The notes below the pieces were generated by a model. The model was not told where the DNA came from and did not search any database. It worked only from the letters and a program-made list of their open reading frames with translations. A stretch of 64,000 nt of DNA from the human T2T-CHM13v2.0 reference genome, Homo sapiens. Positions 54,301 to 64,000 of the stretch are shown here, in pieces. A program made the position numbers and the translations under genes. The DNA is taken from NCBI RefSeq assembly GCF_009914755.1, contig NC_060935.1. The stretch is one strand, 5' to 3'. How positions within the stretch are numbered: position 1 is the first letter of the stretch; the number at the start of each line of letters is the position of its first letter.

Positions 54301-55933
54301 TAAAAACTAGAAAGATGCTATGTGAGAAACCGGTTTGTGATGTGTGCATTCATCTCACAGAGTTAAACCTTTGATTTGATACTGCAGTTTGGAAACACTG
54401 TTTTAATAGAATCTGTGAAAGGACATTTGGGAGCACATTGAGGCCTATGGTGAAAAAGGAAATATCTTCAGATAAAAACTAGAAAAAAGCTTTCTGCCAA
54501 ACTGCTTTGTGATTTGTGCATTCAGCTCACAGAGTTAAATGTTTCCTTTGATTCAGCTGTTTGGAAACTGTTTTTGTACATTCTGCGAATGGACATTTTG
54601 ACCTCATTGAGGCCAATGGTGAAGAAGGGAATACGTAAGACAAAAACTAGAAAGAAGCTATCAGAGAAATTGCTTTGCCATGTGTGCATTCACCTCACAG
54701 TGTTAAACCTTTCTTTTAATTCAACAGTTTGGAAACACTCTTTTTGTACATTCTTTGTATGGATATTTGGGAGCTTCTTTCAAAAAATGGTGACAAGCTG
54801 GAAAATTCCTTATCCATTGCTAAATAAGATTATTGAAAGAATTGTTTAGTACAAAGAAGATAGTGATCAGTAAAAGCTCCCAAAATTCTACACAGTGTGT
54901 TCAACAAAGTAGCTTTCAATCTCTTTTATCTTTGTGGGCAAGATAAATATTAGCCAGGTTATAGTGGACTTGTACATGTTACTAGCCTCATACCCTAATT
55001 AACTCTTGTATTAGGAGAATAGAAATTAAAGTCATGTTTTATGTTAAATATTCTATCATCAGCCTCTAGTTTCCCAGTCATGTCCTAACCTGAGATATCA
55101 AATAGGTACTTAAGTAAATATGAAACTCAGAAAAAGTTTGCTCAAGCAAGGAACTGAAATCTACCCTGTCATCAGGAACTTTTAGACAAAATCAAATCCA
55201 AGTCAACTTAGAAGCATACAGTATATAGATCTTTGTGTATCTCTTTTAGCTATACATTAGGCATGTCCTCATAGTATCCACCAAGCATAGATTGCTTTTG
55301 TACTTAGAAGACATGGAACACCTCAGAAGAGATTTCATAAAAACGTCCTTCACTTAAATATTATAGCATTCTCCTTAGAGTTTTGCAGACTGATTGTCGG
55401 AAATAGCAATACACACAGTTTTTCCTGCTGTGTGAGCTTATCAAAAACAGTGATTTCAGTTTTCTATCTCTAGCATCTGATGCAAACGTGCATTGAATGT
55501 TTGATTACTGAGTTAATAAGTGAGCAGAAGGTGGTCACAGTACAGATGGCAAAAAGGCAATTGTTTATCTTTCTGATTACCATAGGTCTCAGTTAAATAA
55601 TTTTCTCAAACTATGTTTTTAGTGTGGTGATCAGTTACAAAGACAAACCTCCCTACGTATGTTATGCCCTGTTCCCTACTGGAAAATCACTGTGAACACT
55701 ATTTAAGAGTTGGAGGCAATGACAAATTATAGAATCATTTTAAGTAGAAAATTAAAAACAACATTTTTAAAGTGTCTGCCATAGAAACCAATAGTATTTT
55801 TTGTACATTTATTGTTTCTGTTAATTATTCAGCTGGCAGTAGGACAGATTTACTACAATAATCCAAAAATGCTAATAAACAATTGTATCTAACTTTGTAG
55901 TTGTTAAGTCACTTTTCTTTTTTACTGTCTCAG

Positions 55934-56075
55934 CCCAGAAGAATCAGTGCAGTTTCTGTGGCAGAGCGAGTTGCATTTGAAAGAGGAGAAGAGACTGGAA
56001 AAAGCTGTGGATACACTGTTCGAATTGAGTCTGTACTCCCTCGTTTTCATGCCAGTATAACGTTTTGTACTGTAG
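55934..56075 (+). pseudogene. DHX9: DHX9-like pseudo-exon A (142 bp), motifs Ia/Ib
   Basis: Polypyrimidine tract plus CTCAG acceptor; [47 protein letters not shown](G); donor G|GTCAGT. Confidence 0.93.
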
Positions 56076-56454
56076 GTCAGTAATATATTTTCAAATTTCA
56101 TTTGGGGTTTATGTTGTGGTGTTTGTGAAGAAAACTTGACAGCAGAACAGAATGACTGGAAAGAAATAATGATTCAGTCTCAGATTTCTTGTTTAAATAA
56201 AACTTTTGGCAGTTTTTTCCTTCATGGTAAGTATGATATACCCATTAGATCTTGTAGCTTAGAGAAAATGAAATCATAAAATTGGTGAAAAAAACTATAT
56301 TTCATAGTGTACTATCACCTTTTTAGTAGTTTAAATGTACACGTGATTATTTTTTAAATTGATGCTGGGGTATCTTAGTTGAAATATAGATAACTGTCCA
56401 GACATTTGCTTCTTTGAACTTTTCTACAGTTTGTTGATTGTTTTTCTTTTGAAG

Positions 56455-56537
56455 GTCTGCTCCTAAGAAAATTAGAATCAGGCATTTGAGGAATCAGTCA
56501 TGTAACTGTAGGTGAAATACATGAAAGAGACATTAAT
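56455..56537 (+). pseudogene. DHX9: DHX9-like pseudo-exon B (83 bp), motif II, with a nonsense codon
   Basis: TTTTGAAG acceptor; (G)[26 protein letters not shown] versus DHX9 [28 protein letters not shown]. TGA at 56487-56489; GGT at 56511-56513 replaces the Asp of DEIH; donor GTAAGT. Confidence 0.92.
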
Positions 56538-56839
56538 GTAAGTAACTTGAGAGGTACAGTAAGGTACTAATTCTACTATTTCTAAGAGAAATCAGTAGAA
56601 TGTCTTTGATTTGTTTTCCCTTTCCCCTGTTTTTATCATTATCAAAACTACGAACTTCAATCACTCAGATGTTGAAAATCTTTTTTTAGCAAGATTGTTA
56701 AATTTTTTTTTCTTTATTGTTAAACTTTACAGAAAGCATTCTGGAAGTGAAGACCTATGTCGTAAAGTGTAACTGCAGTGATCAGTAATAGCTGGCATAT
56801 TTCAGCAATTGAACTAATGATTTATGACTAAATAGCTGA

Positions 56840-57199
<360 letters not shown>

Positions 57200-57659
57200 T
57201 ATAGTGTTTATTTTAAAATAATTAACAGAGTTTTTTCAGATGTTTTCAGCTCTGATCTTTTCAGATGTTAATGAGAATCATGCCAAAATTGGGAAGAAAC
57301 TATAATTTATTTCCAACCAATCCCTCTTTTAGCCCTTGGCAAAACTGGTGTAAAATTAACTGCTATGCAATTAAATGATGTGAAATTATATCCAAGCCAA
57401 GTATTACAGTGCCTTACAAAGGTTTCAGTGCATGGGCAGCATGCTTTTTAAACTGCCGCCAGTGACTCAAAGATTTTTTTTTTCTTTTTTTCTTTTCTTC
57501 TCCCAACCCCCATTCTGAAGTTACCCACAGGCCACTAGCCATAAGTTCAGTCAATAATTAGCAAACACAAGACATCACTTCCAAGTTTCTAAGTGTTTTA
57601 AGAGTTGTATGCCAGGAAAGGGGGTTGAAGACCAAATATATATTTCATAATATCACAAG

Positions 57660-57870
57660 TCATAAAATTGAATAATACTCAGCAACAAAAAGAAATAAAG
57701 TACTGATTCATCCATCAGTATGGATAAATTTTAAAACATTATTCTAAAAGAAATAAACTGGAGACAATAATACCTGCCATATAATTTTATGCATATGAAA
57801 TTTTAGAAAAAAGCAAATCTGGTATGTGGTGACAAAAGTCAGATCAGTAGTTTCCAGGGATTGGGAATTT
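57660..57870 (+). mobile_element. Old L1M (L1ME-like) 3' fragment
   Basis: GAATAATACTCAGCAACAAAAAGAAATAAAGTACTGAT...TGGATAAAT...GTCAGATCAGTAGTTTCCAGGG typical of old L1M 3' ends. Confidence 0.6.
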
Positions 57871-58034
57871 CCAAATTTCAAGCATAGCAGTCAAAAAAAT
57901 TAACTGTTATGCTTGAAATGTGACATTATTTAATGCACTTTTGATATAATAAAATTAATCTAAAAATAAGGTTAATAAAAGGATTTGGGTTTTAGATCTC
58001 ATGATAATCTCTAACACTTCTTTTAATTCTTGTT

Positions 58035-58292
<258 letters not shown>

Positions 58293-58671
58293 TCCTCAAA
58301 GCATTTCTTAAAACTTTCTCCTCTTACTTTTATATCAGTTTTTGTTAAACATCTTGAGTTTTGGCAAAGCTAAGCTGAAGCAGATAAGACTGGTTTGGAT
58401 GGTTTATCATGACTGTAAATTATGTAAGTTTTCAGTAGGACAAAATTTTTGCTCTTTTGTCCTTTATATTCTCTTGGAAACTTTACAGGTTTTTCCTAAT
58501 TAACTTAATTGACAAATGTTTCTATATTATCTTTAATTGCTTGTTAATCTAGCAATGTTCTTAGGGTTTAAATTATTCCAAACACTGGAATAATGTCATG
58601 GATAATCCTTGGTATTTTTCTAAAACAGTAAGTGGTTTGGGTCAGCTTAAGCAACTTAGGATGTAAGTCTG

Positions 58672-58730
58672 GGCCAGGTGCAGTGGCTCACGCCTGTAAT
58701 CCTAGCACTTTGGGAAGCCAACGTGGAAGG
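58672..58730 (+). mobile_element. Alu 5' head fragment (~60 bp), cut off by the pentamer satellite
   Basis: GGCCAGGTGCAGTGGCTCACGCCTGTAATCCTAGCACTTTGGGAAGCC. Confidence 0.88.
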
Positions 58731-58741
58731 GTCTGTGAAAA

Positions 58742-60175
58742 CTTGTCCAGTATGGTCTGGTCTGCTCCTGTCCTGCCAGTTTGGTAGGGTCCAGTCCTGA
58801 CCAGTCTTATCATATTTGGCCTGGTCTTGTCCAGTTTGGTCTGGTCTTATTCTGTCCAGTTCTGTCTGGTCTTGACCAGTCTTATCTCGTCTTGTCCAGT
58901 TTGGTCCAGTCTTGTCTGGCCCAGCCTGGTCTTGTCCAGTTTGGTCCATTCCTGACCAGTCTTATCCAGTTCGGCCCAGTCTTGTCTGGTTTGGTCTGGT
59001 CTGATCCTGACCAGTCTTATCCAGATTGGCCCACTCTTGTCTGGTTTGGTCCAGGCTTGTCCAGTCCTGTCTGGTCTTATCTGTTCTGACCCAGTCTTGT
59101 CCTATCGGATTTGATCTGGTCTGGTCTGGTTCTGTCCAGTCCTGACAGGTCTGGTCCAGTCTTCTCTGGTTTGGTCCAGTCCTGACCAGTCTTATCCAGA
59201 TCTGCATGGTCTTGTCCAGTTTGGTCTGGTCCTGTCCAGTCCTGTTCAGTCTTACCTGGTTTGGTCCATTCTGGTCTGATTCGGTCCAGTCCTGACCAGT
59301 CTTATCCAGTTTGGCCTGGTCTTGTCTGGTTTGGTCCAGTCTTGTTGAGTTCTGTCCGGTCTTATCCAGTCTGGCCCAGTCTTGTCCTATCTGGTTCGGT
59401 CTGGACTGGTCTGGTTCAGTCCAATCCTGACTGGTCTGGTCCAGGCTTGTCCAGTTTCATCTGGTCCTGACCAGTCTTATCCAGTTCAGCACAGTCTTGT
59501 CCGGTTTGGTCCAGTCTTGTCCAGTCCTTCTGGTCTTAACTGGTTTGGTCTGCTCTGGTCTGGTTCAGTCCAGTCCTGACCAGTCTTATCCAGTATTGTC
59601 AAGTCTGGTCCAGTATGTCTGTTTTGGTCCAGTCCTGACCAGTCTTATCCAGTTCAGCCCAGTCTTGTCTGGTTTGATCTGGTCTTGTCCAGTCCTGTCC
59701 AGTCGTATGCAGTTTGGTCCAGTTCAGTCCAGTCTGGTCTGGTTCACTCCAGGCCTGACCAGTTTTACAGGTTTCAGCCAGGTCTGGTCCAGTCTTGTCC
59801 ATTTTCATCTGGTCCTGACCAGTCTTATCCATTTTGGCCCAGTCTTGTCCGGTCCTGACTGGTCTTGTCCAGTTTGGTCTGGTCTTGGCCGGTTCAGCCT
59901 GGTCCTTGCCAGTCTTGTCCAGTTCGGCCCAGTCTTGTCTGGTTTGTTCTGGTCCAGTCTGGTTCAGTCCAGTCCTGACTGGTCTTGTCTGGTTTGGCCT
60001 AGTCCAGTCCTGACCCAGTCTTATGCAGTCTGGCCCGGTCTTGTCCGCTTTGGTCCAGTCTGGTCCAGTGCATTTCAGTGTAGTCCAGTTTTGTTGGGTC
60101 TGGTCTGGTTTGGTATGGTCCTGTCTGGGCTTTTCAGGCCTGGTCCTGTCTTGTCCACTTCAGCCCAGGTTTGTC
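58742..60175. repeat. Complex pentamer-based tandem repeat (CCAGT/CTGGT/CTTGT/TTGGT/CCTGA/CTTAT), ~1.43 kb; family not recognised
   Basis: 5-bp register visible throughout. The 15-mer CCTGACCAGTCTTAT occurs at 58796, 58951, 59006, 59181, 59291, 59466, 59575, 59634 and 59814. Confidence 0.93.
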
Positions 60176-60463
60176 TTCTTTTTTATTGAAGTTTCACTCT
60201 TCAGCCCAGGCTAGAGTGAAGTTGCTGCATCTCAGCTCACTGTACCCTCTGCTGCAGAATTCAAGGGATTCTCCTGCCTCAGCCTATGAGTAGCTGGGAT
60301 TGTAGGTGCCTGCCACCACACCTGGCTAATTTTTGTATTATTTGTAGCGACACTATTTTGCCATGTTGTCCAGGCTGGACTCGAACTCCTGACCTCAGGT
60401 TATCTGCCTGCCTTGGCCTCCCAATGTGCTGGGATTTACAGGTGTGAGCCACCTTGCCCAGCC
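60176..60463 (-). mobile_element. Alu, AluS-like, with its T-tail abutting the pentamer satellite
   Basis: CTTCTTTTTTATTGAAGTTTCACTCT...CGAACTCCTGACCTCAGGT...GTGAGCCACCTTGCCCAGCC. Confidence 0.88.
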
Positions 60464-60499
60464 TGCAGAAACTTTTCATGTTCTCTTTCAAGATAAATC

Positions 60500-62370
60500 T
60501 TACCTTGTTCTGTCACCTTACATAGAAAACCCAAGTGTACTTATAGACCAATACTACAAATAATAGAACTTAACAGTATGGCTGGATAAAAGGTTAATAT
60601 AAAAAAGGCAGTAGCTTTTTTTATACTTATAAGAATAGCTAGAAAAAATAAAAAGAAAATAGACTTCAGCAGTCAAAGTATTCAGTACCTAAGAATAAAC
60701 AACAAAAACAGGCAAGATCTTTACAAGATAAATAAATTTTATTACAAAACACTGAAAAAGAGCAGACAATGTTTATATATAGTAGGATTTAATAACATCA
60801 ATTATTTTCAAGTTGATCCACATTTTGAATGCAATTCTAATTAAAATACCGGCAAGGTTTTCCATACAACTTGATGAGGTGATTGTAAATACTTAATAAG
60901 ATAGATTTATGGCCCCAAGTAGCCAGTATTTCTAAAGAAGAACAGAATGGAGAATCTTGCCTTACAGATAACAAGACCTGTTTTGAAGCTAAAATAATCG
61001 AGACAGTGAGGTACATGGGTTGATAGATGGGATAAGACAGGGCACAAAAACACATTGTATGTTGTATGTTACATGCAACGTTGTTATGAGATAATGGTGG
61101 CATGCCATATCAGCGAGCTAGGGAATGAGCATTTAAGTAAATGGAACTGGAAACTAATTGTTATTTCAATGTATTTGAAATAACTTCCCTACCTCATAAC
61201 TAAGTACAAAAATCATCTCCATATAGATTGAGAACTTTAAATGTGTTGACACATGAAAGAGTTTTTCAAACACTGAAGTAGAAAATATAAAAATATAAAT
61301 AAGCATCTTCTAGACAGTGCTGTCCAAAAGAAATACGTAAGCCACATAATTTAAATTTTTCTAATAATGCATTTGAAAAGGTGAAAATGTGAAATTAAAC
61401 ATATTTAACCCAGAATATCTAAAGTATTTACAACACACAGTTAATTTTAAAAGTTATGTTTGAGATATTTTTCATTATTTTTTCTCATACGATGTCTTCA
61501 ACATTTGGTTTGAACAAATGTGTTTTACATTTAAAGTACATCTCAATTCAGATTAATGCTACTGTATTGGGCAGCATAGTTTTAGACCTTCTGAAAGGAT
61601 TGCTGAACACATGAAATGCACTAAACTTGAAATAAAAGATCACTGTACTCTTCCATATTAAAATTAAGGTCATTTGTTTAGTCAAAAGGAACTTTAAGGA
61701 AAACCTCAAGCTAGAAGATTCCAACATGTTAGTACAGGAATATATAAGCAACGTCCACAAATCAGTAAGAAAAGTTTAAACAATGTAGTAGAAAAATGAG
61801 CAAAAATACAGGCGTTTTATAGAAGAGGAAACATTTGGTTAATAAACATGGAGATATTCAATCTCACTGGGACTAATGGGAAAGTATAGGTCTAGACCAC
61901 AAGAAGACACTGCATTATATCCATTTATTTAATAAAAAGCGACATTGTAAAAATGTGGAGAGTATGTGGATCAGCAGGATCGCTTATTCACTGCTCATGG
62001 GGATATACAAATAATGGAACCACTTAGGAAAATTGTTAAGTGTTATCTTCTGAAGTTCAGCAGTTACATACCCTATAGCTTGGCAATTCTATACCCACAC
62101 TTAACCTCCAGAAACTTGGATATGTTTAGCACTGCTCTTTAGACTTAACAAGGATGCTCATAGTAGTAAATGTTCACATTAGTAAATCTTGAAAACAAGC
62201 CAGATATATGTAAGAGTAAGTGAATTAACTGATAAATACATACACAGGAACAGTAAACTGTCATCAGAAAGGATGACTATAGTAATGAGTGGATGAATCT
62301 TAGCAATGTTGTGGTATGTAAAAAAGGAAATCCCAAGACAACATAAAATATGCATTTCCACAAAGTAAGT
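60500..62370 (+). mobile_element. Highly decayed old L1M fragments (ORF2/3' region), interrupted by MER33
   Basis: A-rich strand with scattered L1 ORF2-like motifs (CATAGAAAACCCAA, TACCTAAGAATAAA, GAAAAATGAGCAAA, CACTGCTCATGGG...GAACCACTT.GGAAAA). Boundaries approximate. Confidence 0.55.
61315..61579. mobile_element. MER33/MER3-like hAT-Charlie non-autonomous DNA transposon
   Basis: Termini CAGTGCTGTCCAA ... TTGGGCAGCATAG, flanked by TTCTAGA / TTTTAGA (Charlie-type target). Confidence 0.7.
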
Positions 62371-62386
62371 AAAATTTAAAAATATA

Positions 62387-62676
62387 GCCAAGGCAGGTGG
62401 ATCATTTGAGGCCAGGAATTTGAGACCAGCCTGAGCAACATGGCTTGGCTTACCACAACCTCTCCCTCCTGGTTCCAGTGATTGTCCTGCCTCAGCCTCC
62501 TGAGTACTTGGGATTATAGGCATGTGCCACCATACTGGGCTAATATTGTATTTTTAGTAGAGACAGGGTTTCTCCATTGTTGCTCAGGTTGGTCTCGAAC
62601 TCCCAACCTCAGATGATCCACCCACCTTGACCTCCCAAAATGCTGAGATTACAGGCATGAGCCACTGAGCCCGGCC
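62387..62676. mobile_element. Fused inverted Alu fragments: plus-strand piece 62387-62443 joined to a tail-less minus-strand Alu 62444-62676
   Basis: GCCAAGGCAGGTGGATCATTTGAGGCCAGG...CAACATGG | CTTGGCTTACCACAACCTC...GAGCCACTGAGCCCGGCC. Confidence 0.82.
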
Positions 62677-62910
62677 ATTAGCACTCATTCCTAATCTCCA
62701 ACAACTATTAGGCTACAACTGTTCTTAAAAATTGTTATTGTTATCTTAAAAATTGATAAAGGACCCACTGTGGTCCTTTATCTTGCACTTCTATGAGCCA
62801 TCTAAGAAAGTGAATTTAAATGATATCTTGTGGCTGTATAACTCCTTTAGGCATAGTTTGTTGTATAAAGTTAATGTAATTTCAAAAATTTTGTGTTTGT
62901 GTTTTAATAG

Positions 62911-63067
62911 ACTGACTTCCTTTTGATAGTACTGCGTGATGTGTTTCAGGCTTATCCTGAAGTTCACATTGTTCTTATGTCTGCTACTATTGATACCAAC
63001 ATGTTCTGTGAATATTTCTTCAATTGCCCCATCATTGAAGTTTATGGGAGGACTTAACCAATTGAAG
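62911..63067 (+). pseudogene. DHX9: DHX9-like pseudo-exon C (157 bp), motif III (SAT), with a nonsense codon
   Basis: TTTTAATAG acceptor; TDFLLIVLRDVFQAYPEVHIVLMSATIDTNMFCEYFFNCPIIEVYGRT*PIE; TAA at 63055-63057; donor G|GTAAT. Confidence 0.92.
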
Positions 63068-63517
63068 GTAATATTGTGGGGGTGGGATAGGAACATCTTT
63101 TGTGCAGTAGGGTTTGGATTTTCTTAATCCTGGAAATTGGAGTTATAATTTAAAGAATACTTAAAATACAGGAAAAATTACAGTATCAGATGTATCATAG
63201 CATTTTTGAGGAGCTTCTTGTCTGTGATTTTATACAGTAGTGAGTACAGTCTGAGAAGTGAGACCAGGTTTCATTTACTACTTGAGTAGTTTGCATATCC
63301 AGTAAGTTTCCAGGCGTTTACTTATAAAGCCAAACTTTTAAAAATTATAATGAATAGTCAAAGGGAAATAACTGTGGTATATATGTAATTATGGGAATTA
63401 CTCTTAAGAGTTTAAGCAGCCAGGATCAAATTAAGAATACTTTTTAGAGCCTGAGCAACTAGATTTTGAATTAAGATTAAGGGAAGTATGTCAAGGTTAT
63501 ATATTTCTGATAAGTGA

Positions 63518-63828
<311 letters not shown>

Positions 63829-64000
63829 TTCTTTACTGTCTTTAGGAGTTGTTATCACAGTTTCCTAGGATAGTCATCTGGTAGCTTTGGGGAAAAAAAA
63901 TGAATTATGGCACATTCAATTGAGGGCATGAAAATAAGAGAGAAACAGTGTAGATAGATATGACGTTATGGCTATACCAGCATGCTAAGCCAGTGTAATT

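Noticed and set aside
58742-60175. CRISPR-like appearance (constant 15-mer with variable spacing)
   Set aside because: The 'spacers' are the same pentamers and vary from 40 to 165 bp; eukaryotic context and no cas genes.
58656-60214. Long low-complexity ORFs on both strands (e.g. 59497..60189, 230 aa)
   Set aside because: A by-product of the pentamer repeat, which is poor in stop codons in some frames; no splice or promoter support.

Overview
Primate (hominid, human-like) pericentromeric DNA with no intact protein-coding gene. It has three parts. (1) 1-7300: arm-type sequence made of old repeats (Ricksha MULE transposon end, MLT2/MLT1 LTRs, L2, MIR, AluJ) plus two younger L1PA insertions 63 bp apart, one of them 5'-inverted. 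(2) ~7301-54775: a ~47.5 kb block of diverged, single-orientation ~171-172 bp alpha satellite with no CENP-B box that I could find. It falls into at least four sub-domains of distinct monomer types, some with fossil multi-monomer periodicity. It is interrupted by two MER11 solo LTRs, a 3.4 kb L1PA5-like element, two Alu fragments and a (TA)n tract. (3) 54776-64000: an intron-containing (unprocessed) DHX9 pseudogene fragment with three exons, intact splice sites, two nonsense codons and a DEIH->GEIH change. Its long intron holds a ~1.4 kb pentamer-based satellite that I do not recognise, wedged between two Alus. Nearly all ORFs in the supplied track are repeat-derived artefacts. I see no clear new functional system. 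The most novel-looking items are the pentamer satellite, the DHX9 duplicon fused to alpha satellite, and the layered, fossil-HOR structure of the alphoid block. Repeat subfamily calls come from recalled consensus motifs, not a database search, and the chromosome cannot be assigned from sequence alone.
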